Origin: Octopus sinensis
Taxonomy: Eukaryota
DNA length: 64,000 nucleotides
Reading direction: 5' to 3'
NCBI RefSeq assembly: GCF_006345805.1
Contig: NW_021832829.1
Location: forward strand, 372,001 to 436,000
Shown: positions 38,572 to 52,224 of the stretch, one piece after another
Numbering within the stretch: the stretch's first letter is position 1
Layout of the letters: each line of letters begins with the position of its first letter
Position numbers and translations under genes: made by a program
The notes under the pieces: model-generated
What the model was told of the DNA's origin: nothing
What the model saw: only the letters and a program-made list of their open reading frames with translations
Databases searched by the model: none

Positions 38572-39489
38572 TCAAATCTGATTCTTTCTTGCTTTAAGTA
38601 TGTTCCAGTCATATCTTGCATCATTGTTGTAGCCTCTATTGACAAAAAGAACTCTAAAGAGTTGATGAATGTAGTAATAGTCCGGAGTTTCGTCAAATCG
38701 AAGAGAACGACAGTAGTTGAGAAACACTGCAAACTCACTCGGAAGACCCTGGCAAAGGGTTTCGACTGAAGTTGATATTTTCTTTTCAGAAATTCGTTGA
38801 TATTTCTGTTTTTTATTCTGTGCACTGAGTCCTTGCCAAGGCAGATGTCCCTTAGCCAAGTAAATGAGAATGTAGGCGAGTGACTCGAGGTCGTCCCTTC
38901 TACTTTGTTCTATCCCCATATGAGCATTGATGCTAGCATATCTAGCAGTCCCCGTTAAGTTCTTGTTGTCTCGATACGGGATATGTACGCCCACAGTATT
39001 CATGTACTTTTTGGACAGACCAAAGTCAATGATGTACACCTGACTGATGTTCCGTCCACTTCCCATCACAAAGTTGTCCGGTTTAATATCTCTGTGGATG
39101 ACTTTCTTTGAATGAATGAACTCAATTCGACTTATGAACTGTTCGCTCAGCATTAAGACTGACTTTAAACTCAGTCTCCGGGAACAGTAGTTTAGCAACT
39201 CCTCTATTGAAGGTCCAAGCAAATCCATCACCATTATGTTATACCCTTTTTGGATTAGAAATCCTCTCATTCCAGGGATTCCCAACTCTTCTCCCAAGAT
39301 CTTATACATTCGGTATTCCATGTCCAACTGTGGGTGGGCTGTGGAAATGCTCTCCAACTTGACTGCCACTTCATCCCCGCTTATTATGTTAATTGCCAAG
39401 TAGATTAGTCCAAATGACCCACTTCCTATTTTCCTTATGAGTTTGTAGCGATTTCCGACCAACATGTTCAAGTCCTCGCACAATTTCAT
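38572..39489 (-). CDS. Casein kinase I alpha-like, intronless, 305 aa
   Basis: Complete kinase domain: [45 protein letters not shown] and LPWQGL. ATG at 39489. Confidence 0.93.
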   Translation of the reverse strand: MKLCEDLNMLVGNRYKLIRKIGSGSFGLIYLAINIISGDEVAVKLESISTAHPQLDMEYRMYKILGEELGIPGMRGFLIQKGYNIMVMDLLGPSIEELLNYCSRRLSLKSVLMLSEQFISRIEFIHSKKVIHRDIKPDNFVMGSGRNISQVYIIDFGLSKKYMNTVGVHIPYRDNKNLTGTARYASINAHMGIEQSRRDDLESLAYILIYLAKGHLPWQGLSAQNKKQKYQRISEKKISTSVETLCQGLPSEFAVFLNYCRSLRFDETPDYYYIHQLFRVLFVNRGYNNDARYDWNILKARKNQI

Positions 39490-39939
39490 TTTGCTGGCTA
39501 CACAACACAACAAAAGATTCGTTATCGAACTATTATTATTTTATTGCACTTTATATTATAAAGATTAATTAACAAATACCAAAAAAGCTATGAAATAATA
39601 ATTTCTGTTATGTTTCAATAACCTTCAGGTAGCACTTATAAAAGTACAAATGTATAACATCCCCACCATCTTGTCTTACAAAACTCACGCGAAGAAAGAA
39701 TAAAATCACCTAACTAATGTTGGGTTATTTTTAGTGCTATTAATAATTTGGTTCAGGAGACTCGTACATTGTTACCATCTTCGCCATAGAACCATTAGAG
39801 GCCTCTTTCGCTGTCTTGATAAATCACATTAGAGTCCTCACTTGAATAGACGTGGGTATCCCTTCTAAGGGAATTACCTCGACAATTATCAAAAACTCAA
39901 TAACAAAAAATAATCATATACAGTAAACAATCAATGAGA

Positions 39940-41760
<1,821 letters not shown>

Positions 41761-41840
41761 GTTAATGTGTCCAACAATGTATTGAAATGATTAATTTAAA
41801 TAATAAATATAAGTCATATTAAATTAATATTAACTTTAAA
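41761..41840. promoter_or_regulatory. 80-bp AT-rich bidirectional intergenic spacer between the ECD and MOCS3 start codons
   Basis: ECD ATG at 41760 (-) and MOCS3 ATG at 41841 (+). Confidence 0.6.
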
Positions 41841-43138
41841 ATGGATCATGTTCGTTACGGTCGCCAGTTGATACTCCCAGATTTCGGGATTTCAAGTAAG
41901 ATTTGTTATTTTATTCAAATTAGAACAAAGGTCTTTGCGCAATGCGAAAATGTTAATTGTGGGAGTCGGAGGTCTCGGGTGCCCGGCCGCCCTTCACCTC
42001 GTTTCGTCTGGCGTGGGTAATTGCTTTGAATGATTCAGGAACCATTGGATTGATTGACTTTGACTGTGTGTCTCTCTCAAATCTCCCCCGACAGACTCTT
42101 TTCTCAGAAGACCAAGTCGGGAATGCCAAAGTAATTTGTGCCAGAGATCGGCTTGCTTTGTTTGAGTCTCGTCATTTAATTTTTTAGGATAAACTCGGAG
42201 GCAGAGATCGTCATATTCAAGGAGGCCTTCAGTACTGAGAACGCTTCTCGTCTTGTCCCGCAGTTCGATGTTGTTCTGGATTGTACTGACACTGTGGCCA
42301 CTCGATATTTGCTGAATGACGCCTGCGTGCTATTCGGTAGGCCTCTCGTTTCCGCTTCTGCTCTTGGATTTGAAGGACAACTTTCTGTCTATAACAACGG
42401 CGGTCCCTGCTATCGTTGTCTCCACCCAGTTCCCTCCTCTTTGTCTTCGGGTACGTGCGCTGAGAACGGAATATTTCCTACTATAACAGGTGTTATGGGA
42501 ACCTTACAGGCCACAGAAGCCATTAAAGTCGTTTCTCATTGCGGAGGTTTCTTGTTTACTCTACTATTAGAGTCCCTGACTGGATTCATGCTTACTTATG
42601 ACGGGCTCTCCTCTGAATTCAAAAAATATAAACTCCGAAGGCGTCAGAAGAACTGTCTTGTTTGCGGAGACATGCCATCGATCACCGAATTGCGAGAATG
42701 CGTTTTTGAGACTGTAGGATTATGTTTTTCATTCTCAGACTTGTGTGTATTCCCGAGGGATATCAGTTGAGGTATCCAGTTCTGCATCATTATCTCAAGG
42801 ACTATTTTAAATTACGGGACGCTGGGGTCAGACATGTCCTTTTAGACGTGAGGAATCCTGTAGAACTTGAGATATGTAGTTTACCATGTGGGAATTTGAT
42901 AAATATCTCCCATTCGACTATATATTTGCCTACTGTGCGTTCGGATTTATTGACTGAGCTGAACGATTTGGGAGATGTGCCTGTATATGTCATTTGTAAG
43001 AGAGGAGTTGACTCCGAAAGAGTTACCTCTTATTTGTCATCCCTTGAGGAGTTCAAAAGATTTGAATTTTCCAGTATCAGAGGTGGGTTGCTTTCCTGGT
43101 ATCGTTTGATTGATCCTGGTTTTACTATTTATTTCTAA
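41841..43138 (+). CDS. MOCS3: Adenylyltransferase/sulfurtransferase (UBA4): ThiF plus rhodanese domains
   Basis: [46 protein letters not shown] and rhodanese LLDVR...CKRGVDS...GGL..W. Introns 22-28 nt. Confidence 0.92.
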
Positions 43139-44280
43139 TTACTCTTATTCAATTTTTAGTCTTCTGTTCTTAAGACAAATACTGTTTATAAATATAGAAT
43201 AAACCAAGTCACTTTAATCAAATCTGTTCCTAAAATCTTGGTTCCGGATTCCATTCCCAGAAGTTGCCTGTACTTGATAAGTGACACCGTCATAGACATC
43301 CTATCACACGGATTTGAGGCACTGGATGGACTTGGATGGGACGTCTTTAGCTTTGTCTAGTCTAAGAAACTAGCCGTACGCCAATGAACAAAATAAAAGA
43401 CATTAGAGAGACATGAGAAACTTAATTTCTTCTGGATTATTAGAATAACTAACTTACTCGTTCTCTCTCTTGTTGTTTGCAAAACTGTGTGGTTACTATA
43501 AGCGAAACCTTTGGCACATAAGTGCCTCTGGCTACGCAGACGTCTTCTTGTTGTACTTTAATCAAATCAATCGTTGAGGTTCATTACCTATGTCTTACTA
43601 TCTGGGGAATTTATTCAGCTTTATCAAACAACTAAAATTGACTCAATCAAACCCTTGACAGTTAAACAAAAAAGCTAGGAAAACTCAGACTTTTAACAAC
43701 ATCGCCACTCAATTTAATGGCCGTAATAGAAACACCTATATTGCGTCCTCGTATTTCTTTTCTCCCTCAAACACCAGTTTCGTTGCTTTTCAAAATTATA
43801 GTCGGCAAAAAATGAGGGAGCCTGTTGTATTCAAAGTTAGTAATAAAAGATAAATGTACTTATGTACTATTTCACTGTGAAAGCTCAATATTCTTGTTTT
43901 ATTTAATACAAAAAAACTTGAATTTTTCTTGTTCAATACTCGTTATTTTAAAATAAAGTTTAAAAAGCCTATCTAGTAAGCTGGTCATTAATTCAATTAG
44001 CCAGTATTACCCATTATTATTGTTTGATTAATGATGTTAGGGCAATTCGTCTTGCTGAGATGTACCTCATTAATTACCTAATTTGCCGTCTTATTATTCA
44101 TCGGAAGAGGCGCGCTGACGTTTCACACTGTGCAACTAAACGTCCCAAATTAGAACAGACTAATCAATCACGTATTCCACTGAGTATAAGTCATCGAATA
44201 ATCGTTATCGGCGTTAATGAGTTGGATTTTGTTATTCTTGTACCTCCAAGAATATCATTCAAGTTCATTTTATTTTTCTA

Positions 44281-45836
44281 GTGGTAGAATGCCATGTCTG
44301 GGAGAATTGGTCACTCCCGAACAGTACTGTGGCTCATTCTGGCTCAGAAATATATGTTCCATTTATATATTCTGACAGTAAAGAAGTGTATTCTTGTGAC
44401 GTTTTTATTACTAATAGAAAATATACTTGGATAAAGGATATGATCAATGTTAAAAATCTTTCTCTGTACTCACATGATTTGAGCCAGGTAGAAGATGGTC
44501 GGTTGTTGTTCATGTCGAATTCTCCCTTTCTGGCGGGAATATACAGCTTTGTAAGAGAAGATAGTTGTGGTACCCTTTTGGTACCGGAAATCACCGTATT
44601 TAAACGTGTCCTAGTTTAATGTTGACTTTTTTAGACACCGAAAAAGATTTCGATTCTACAGTCTTATTGAAGGATATCGGAGACTCGGTGGTCTTTGAAT
44701 GTCCAATGCATAAAACTATGGGTACAACCTACGAACTTAAAATAAAACTTAAATATGACAAGCAAAGAATGTTCACGACTTCAGGTATCCTTTAGTAAAG
44801 TAAAAGCAAGATTCTTTCTTTATCACCAGAACTGATTCCGGCGACAGCGGCGTCATCGAATGTCGAGTCATGGCCAGTGGTGTTGTTTTGATGGAAAGAA
44901 TCGTTTATTTGATCATCACCGAAAGCCACAATTGTACTTTATTTGAGTTGACTACTCTTTTAAAGTCAAGCGAGAAATAAAACCACTTTTCCCGCAAAGT
45001 AATGAGCATGTTTTTTGGTTGATTCCTGGACTCGACATTAAAAATCAAGTTTTTTGTATTTTTTCAAACGTGGAATTGTATTTTAATTGACTGATAATAA
45101 ATAGTGCTAATGTATCTTACTACACGAGTAAAGGAATAGTCACGACTGATTCAAGCTTAATAAACTATGAGGGGAAGCACTGGTGTGCTCCTTCAGTCAA
45201 CAAAGGGCGTACTCTATTTTTTTATACAAAATATTTAGGTTTCCTTGGCTGATTGAGTAGTTTAGGATCATTTAACATTTGCTTGAGTGTGCATCGAATT
45301 ACCTCTGGATTTATTGTTGATTGTAAACATTCAAATTTTTCCTATCCAGTAAAAATAGCCTGGTTTATCAAAAAGGGTCAAAATTGTATTATTTTATAAT
45401 TACTAAGTATTCTCATCCGAACATTCGATCAGAGTGGCGACTGTCAAAAGGGAGTTGTTCATTCAAGATTCCTATTTCTCTGAAAATTCAAATTCGGCAA
45501 CTGTCACATGTTATGCGGAATGGAAATATGGGAGACAATCGGACTCAATATTTATACGTAATATTTTAGACATCTTACTTTTCAGAGAGTCCTGCAAAGG
45601 AAAACACTAGAAACAACAACAAAAATGGAATTCTTACCACAATTAATAAATTAACTTTCACCAAAGTTCTTATTATACTGGTGTCTTTGACATCGATTAT
45701 AATGTTCGTCGGAGTTTTAATTAGAAAGAGGTTTGTAGTTCAAAGAGGAAAGTTTAGATATATTTTCTTAACCAGAAATAAAAAAATAAACCTGCAGTCG
45801 AGTGGGCAAATATTAAAAAGACTCGTTTCTGATTAA
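44281..45836 (+). CDS. Divergent type-I membrane Ig-superfamily protein (about 4 Ig-like domains, TM, short tail); 5' end unresolved
   Basis: Micro-introns (e.g. 44606-44634, and 22-32 nt introns downstream) give VVFEC...DSGVIECRV and AWF...SATVTCYA, then TM VLIILVSLTSIIMFVGVLI followed by RKR. Stop at 45834-45836. Confidence 0.7.
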
Positions 45837-45975
45837 CGGATTTATCCACACGACTAACTAATACTTCAGATTTAAATAACAAATTAATTTAGATTATTAT
45901 TTGGTTCTAACATTTGGATCTGTTTAATGAATTTTTTTCTAATTACAATATTTTAAACATTCATAGTATACAAAC

Positions 45976-46840
45976 CAGGTTGTTAAAAATCATGATTTTT
46001 TTCAAAAAAATCTGATTTTTTTGATTTAATCACGATTTTTTTGATTTAAATCAGATTTTTTTGATTAAATGACTTTATTTCAAAAGACCCTTTCCACCTG
46101 GCTTATCAGAGAAACTTCTTTGTACTAAACACTGAAAAACGGCCACGCAGAACGATCTATCGTATTTCCTTATGTCCACCGGGATCACTTAACTTAGTTT
46201 GCATTACGCTTTCTTTCTTTTGAATAAATAAAAAATATTTCAAAGCGACTAAATAAAAAACAAAAACAATGGAAATCGTTTATTTAAAAGCTTGTAAATG
46301 GAAACAAGTTTGGCTGCTTTTCGATCCCCAGCCTATTGCGTACATTTGAATGTAAAATCGAATGTTGAAAAGATTCTTCTATTCCACCTGTCAAGCAACT
46401 GCTCCAAGAATTTGAGTGAAATTACTTGAAGTAACTGGTATGAATTCGACTCCCACCAAGCTATAGGTGATACTTTACTCAATAAATTCGGACAAACATG
46501 TATTGTTTAAATGGATCACTTTGCTCTGAAATTAATCAGAGTCGGACATATTCATAATTTGAGCACAATAACTCATGCAATGTCAATCTCAACATTTGAA
46601 AGAGATTTCCCACTTGTCGGGTCGATCAAATTCGCAAGTAAGTGAAAGGTGGTTAATGCGACATCTGGCACGGCTTCCGTCTTTCCAGAATAATACGATC
46701 AAAATAAGCCCACAAAGAATCCACGCTTTCTTCAGACATTTAAAAAATTTAAAGATTTTTATTTTTTTTATGATTTAAATCATGTTTTAATTGTTGATTA
46801 AAATCAAATGATTTAAATTACATGATACAAACAATTCTGA
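45976..46840 (-). mobile_element. Internally deleted hAT-like remnant with gattt(a/t)aatc subterminal repeats
   Basis: Broken C-terminal RIFSTF...KAAKLV.IYK.LN. Imperfect CAG(G/A).TTGTT ends; no TSD confirmed. Confidence 0.6.
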
Positions 46841-46899
46841 CTTCTCTTGAGAGCTGTAAAAGATTCTGCAGATGACCCCTTTATTAAAAAAAGAAACTA

Positions 46900-49190
46900 A
46901 CTAAGTAATTTTACTAACTAAGTCCAGAGCCTTCGAAGTGAGCAGAAGGTGGCACTCCACGCACCTCCTCCCCTTCTTCCTCCTCTTCTCTGGCACTGTA
47001 GACCTTCGAGAAGGTGCAGTCCAGCGCCTCTCGCTGACTAAACGTCAGGAAAGGGCTGGATCGGCGAGCATCAAACGAGACACTTTCCAGAGTCCTCTTA
47101 AGAACAGGTATCCCGTGTGTGATGACATGGGATGGACTGGTGCATCAGTCCTAGCTCGTTTGCAAGGAGGTCATACTTCCTCCTTTTCTCCACTTCCACT
47201 ATCTGCAAACGGTCTAGGCACGTGATGCCCACCTCCACGATAACAATCTCCCCGGTGACCTTATCGTGGACCACAATATCGGGTCTGTTGTGCTGGACAA
47301 CAATCGAGGTGCGTATGGGGGTATCCACCTTAATGCACACCCGCGAGTTCTCACACATCGATTGAACTCGATAGGTTCGCAACTTTCTGGACCGCCTCAA
47401 GCCATACTTATTGCAGAGCAAAAGATGGAGGGACCTCACCACCTCGTTATGCCTCCATGTGTAATCATGGTAAAGCATACTCCCGCACTTCGTGGCTAAA
47501 TGGTCAACGGTCATTGCCTTACTCTTACAGTGGTTACACTGTTTCCGTTGACCATTAAAAAAGTTTCTATCCTGCAAATATGAAAACAACCCTTCTGATC
47601 GGGGAGAGTTATTCCCATATTTCAGCCACGTTGATGACGACGATATGCCAATGTGCGGGTTGTCCAGGCTGCTAAAGAGAGTCTTGTGAAGGACTTTTAA
47701 GTTGATCTTTTTAATTAAAGACTCCTTTTGAAGTTTGATCAACTCCTTCACATTAACTTGGGTAGCACCTAGACCATACTTAGCCGACACATGGCCTTTT
47801 ATGGTCCCTAGGTGTGTACCACGCGCTTTTTCAGCAGCAAGGATGGCAGCCTTCCTTTGGGATACACTCGACCCACTCCACAAGGTGTCGTGCATCTTAG
47901 TAAGAATTCCCTCACTTAAGTGTACGATGTTACTTAGTCCACGTCCTAGCTGCCCGCGAGACAAGTACAATCTCTCCTTATTGCTTGCCAACACGTGGAC
48001 GTGATTCTCTCGGAGTACTCTTCGGACAATAAGGTTCATTTCATCGTACTCACTCGCCCTGTAATATGCCCCTCTCTAGCTTAACCTCGCCTATATCGCA
48101 TTTGTTGTAATGTAGATGCACGTTTCACCTGTCCATCACAGTTGCAACAAATTTGATAAACCACATTGGCAACTTAAGCCTTCGCAGACACTCAACGAGG
48201 TAGGCATGATCAACTGAGTCATATGCCTTCTTCACATCCACCCACATCGACACTAGTGAGTTTCCATGGGCTCTCGCGAGGCATTTGTTGATCAGTGCCT
48301 GCTCCTTAGCTCCCTGGCAATCCCGCCGAGTACCTAACTGGTTCTCGAAAAGAATTCCATTCACCTCCACGAAATCTCTGACCTCAGTAGCCACCACCTT
48401 AGTCATCAACTTGTACAGGTTGGGCATACAGGTTATCGGACGATAATCTGTCGGAACGGAAGGGTTATCTACTTTAGGGATCAAATAAGTGACCCCAGTA
48501 CATAACCACTCTGGAATCGAGCCAGGGTCTAGTGTAAACTGTTCGATTGCTCGACACATGCAATCATGGATAGGTTTGCAATTTTTTATAAAGAAATTAT
48601 ACACCTTATCGACCCCAGGTGTCTTCCAGTCAGAGAGACGGGTTACTGCTTCATCGAACTTCTTGCGGATATCAGAGACACCACAAGACTCGGTCATCAA
48701 GGGAGCATCGGGTCCAAAAAACGGAAACGACACACCCTTGCGAGGACGTGCTTTTCACATACTCCCCCATGTGTCAAGCATTTCGGCCTTTTGCTGGGTA
48801 CCCTCCTTCGTCTCTCCGTGTAACCGACGATAGAACACCCTGCGATTAAATTCAAACAGGTTGTTCTCCCGCCTGCGCTGACACCGAGACTCATGAGTTG
48901 AGAGCTTCTTCTGATAAACGAGAATCAGCTCCTCCCTCTCTGCCCGGACACGCCTCAACTCGTTGAGGTCCCATTTGGCAGCTCGTCCCCGACGAAGTAA
49001 AGTACGCACCAAGGGGGGAGTCTTGCCCTTGACCCCATTGCTCACATTCAGAATGTGCCCAGTCAGCGCTTCCAGCTCGGCTTTCCTTGCGGCAATGTTT
49101 TCTCTCCATCTACTCTTTGGGGCAGGCATCTGGGTGATTTCATCAAAAAGATTCTGCAGAGTAAACAAATCAATTTTATTAGTTGAGAAA
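46900..49190 (-). mobile_element. R4-like REL non-LTR retrotransposon with internal deletions
   Basis: KTPGVD, DYRPITC, NQLGTRR..GAKEQ, VDVKKAYDSV and RGILQG (deletion follows), then CxxC..TVDHL..RHNEVV, NRPDIV, VEVGIT and EKRRKYD. Confidence 0.9.
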
Positions 49191-49199
49191 AACAAAGAG

Positions 49200-49370
49200 T
49201 AATTTTATTAGTCGGCAAGCGTCAAACGAGACACTCTCCAGAGTCCTCTTAAGAACAGTTGACTGTACATAACTCTTTCGGGTCACTCTACGGTCCGCAA
49301 GGAGGACAACACGATTTGCAGAGAAATGCCTACTAAATATCTTCCTAACTTGCAAGGGTAGCAATAACTC
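49200..49370 (-). mobile_element. Second R4-like 3' fragment abutting the 5' end of the first
   Basis: YVQSTVLKRTLESVSFD. 37-bp near-identity of 49222-49258 with 47071-47107. Confidence 0.75.
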
Positions 49371-49382
49371 GCTACTCTGATG

Positions 49383-51951
49383 CTCGTGTTGTTCAGAACA
49401 CGGGGGGCATCCTGTCGGCGTAACCGCAGCGAACCAGGAGGAAAGGTCTTGGTTAGCTTCTTCAGTCCATTCAAATTGAGAATGCCTCTTATGGCAGAAG
49501 GGAACTGCGTCAGGCTGCAGTTTGCAAAATAGTGCCTATAGTTTTTAATAATCAACTTCTACCTGTAAATGTCCAAGATTTCCAAAATTTTCTGGAATTG
49601 AATCGCCACTGTTGTTGTTCCTCAAAAGCAAGTTTTCCAGCGGAGTAAAACTCAGCACCTATCGTGAACAGAAAATAATACATATTCTGGAAATAAGTTT
49701 AACTTATTGCTAGAAATATCTAACGATTTAATTTGACAGTTCTTTTATAGTGCAGAGAACTCGGTAATTTCGTTGTTTTTCAACAATTTCAATAATTTTG
49801 GAAAGCAACCCAAAAACAACTTGGGAATGTGTTTAGTTTGTTAGAATCAAGTATAATAGTCTCCACGTTTAGCATGATTTTTATTTCTCGTGGAGTTATC
49901 CAAATTTTGTTAAATTTTGAGTGAAACGTATTTCAGACAAGGCAATATTGTTATGATTAGGGCAATTTAAGTTAAAAAAGTTAAAATATATGAAAATGTG
50001 TATTTTGGCTTAAAAGTAAAAATAAAGTATTTTTTAAATGAAATAGTTACTTATTAAAGAAAAAAATAAAGTTAAAAAAGTTAAAAAAATTTTTTTATAA
50101 AGTTAAAAATTTTAACTTTATTTAAAATAGCGCGTGGGTGTTTAGTATGCCAAGAACTGCAAAAACAATGTATTTTAAGGCAAAAAAAATTGTTATTGAA
50201 TATCCGCTGGAGTTTTTATTACGAGAGAATGGCGAGTTGCAATGTCAACTTTGCTTATGCACAGTCAGGTGTGAGAAAAAGCATTTTGTGAATTCTCACC
50301 GAGAATCGAAGAAGCACTCAAATTTATTAAGTTTTTACAAATTAATATAATTTTTAGAGAATAATTTCTATCAGCCTTGTTTGGACGAGTTACCCAATGA
50401 TGACTGGTCAATGCAAGTCACTAAAGCATTTATTCAATGCGATATACCTTGCATAAATTGACTATGCCTCCTCTAAAGAATTTATTCAAGAATACTTCTT
50501 TGCCTCTTCTTCCCAATACAAAGCAAGAATGTGCGTTAAACAATTGAAAACTGAATATATTGTATTATTTCAAGAAAAGTTTAGGTTCATGAATATATAA
50601 TTTTTTAGAAATCAACTTGTATTCGCCATAAGTGACGAGGTCACTATTCGTAGTCAAAAATTTGTTGCAGTTTTAATGGGGATACTTAAAAATCCCGATA
50701 AAACTTATTTGATTTCTTTCGTAAAAATTGATAAAACTTCTACCAAAGAAACAATTATTCAAATTGTTGACGATACGATTAAATGCGTTTTAATTGAAAG
50801 ACAAAATTTCCTTCTCCTAATAACAGATTCCGCTAAATATATGCTAGCAGGTTTTAATTTAACATATAATTATAGCTGGAAAAGTTCTTAAGCTTTTATA
50901 TCCAAGGTTATTTCACGTAACTTGTTTGCTCATCTGATGCATAATTGTTCAATGAAAATCAGGACTATTTATCCTGAAATTGATTCTCTTATTGCATCAA
51001 TTCAAGCGGCAATACAAAAAATAACAAGAGAAAACGACTATTTAATGAAATTGGAATTCCACCTCATGTAGTTTTAACTAGATGGGGTACTTGGCTAACT
51101 GCTGCATTTTATTATGCAAAAAATTTAATACATGTGATAAACATTTTCAAAACAATTCCTGATGATGGAATCATTGTTCAGGCTGCAAAAAATAGCCTAA
51201 GAGATGAATCTCTAGTAAAAAGCTTAAGTTCTATTGTTAGAAATTATTCGACAATTCCAGGTAAAACTAGTTTAATAATAGCAGAATTATTGTGCAAATT
51301 TGAAAGTTCTCACTCCTCAATAGAGTTAGCTTACAATGAGCTAAAGAATTTAAAATTTGACGACGAATCAGATATAATTGAAAAATATTTGAATGAACGA
51401 TTACAAAAAAATGATTTATGTCAAATTATAAGAATGACAAATTCATCAATTTCTCCTGAAGAATATTGTATGCTTTTAAAGTGTCAGCCTTCATCCTCTT
51501 CCATAGAACGATGCTTCTCTCAAATTAAAAACTTTATGAGGGATAACAGAAATTTTAATATTGAAAATATAGAGAATTATGTTATATGTTTGTATAATAA
51601 ATGATTCTTAAGTTAAAATTTGTTAGGTTAAAATTTTGTTTTATAGGTTAAAATTTGGTTATTTTTAGGTTAAAAAGTTAAAATTTTTAGGTTAAAAAAT
51701 CGAAGTTTTTAGGTTAAAAAAAAAATTGCCCTAGTTATGATATATGGAAATTCTTCAAGATTACACTTATCCAGTGTTATCCAAGTAACATTAAAAGACA
51801 AAAGAAGAGCTTGAAATTTCGGATCATCAGGACTGATCCTGGATAAGTCAACTTGCCGTTTCTGAGATTTTCCCCTGTGACGAAGAAAGCATTTGAGCTT
51901 ATTTCCCTGCAGTTGCTGATCTTTGTTCGATTTATCGCTGTGATTTTCCAT
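49383..51951 (-). pseudogene. Leucine-rich-repeat gene disrupted by a hAT insertion, frameshifts and a stop
   Basis: Removing the hAT plus one TSD restores LDKCNLEEFPYIIT|ILPCLKYVSLK. Further LRRs: IILDSNKLNTFP, LDISSNKLNLFP and FANCSLTQFP. Introns of 24 and 27 nt. Confidence 0.8.
49958..51733 (+). mobile_element. Complete-ended hAT transposon (C2H2/BED-like finger, DUF659-like catalytic region) with four micro-introns
   Basis: 11-bp TIR TAGGGCAATTT, perfect 8-bp TSD GTTATGAT (49950-57 / 51734-41) and gttaaaa subterminal repeats. ATG at 50147, stop at 51604. Motifs TDSAKYM, HVTC.AH..HN, TRWG.WL and SIERCFS. Confidence 0.93.
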
Positions 51952-52084
51952 GTAAAAGTTCAATCAAATCCGAACGTGTAGAAAAATAATATTTTAGCCT
52001 TGGAAACTAAAACTAAGAATACAATGTTTATACTTTAAAGTTTTATTATTACAAAAAGTATATTTAATCTACCAACAAATACTA

Positions 52085-52215
52085 AACTCTCGCAGGCCAA
52101 CATCTTTTTGCCTCCGTCGCATTCGAAGCATCGGAGGTCGCCGGAATCACCACGACAGACTTCATCCACAATATCGAAGAAAGATCGCTCTCCGAAAAAG
52201 AAATAATACCCGAAT
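52085..52215 (+). mobile_element. CRE REL micro-fragment
   Basis: LAGQHLFASVAFEASEVAG..T.DFI matches the F.PVA.ETSGV.G motif. Confidence 0.55.
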
Positions 52216-52224
52216 ATTAAATAT

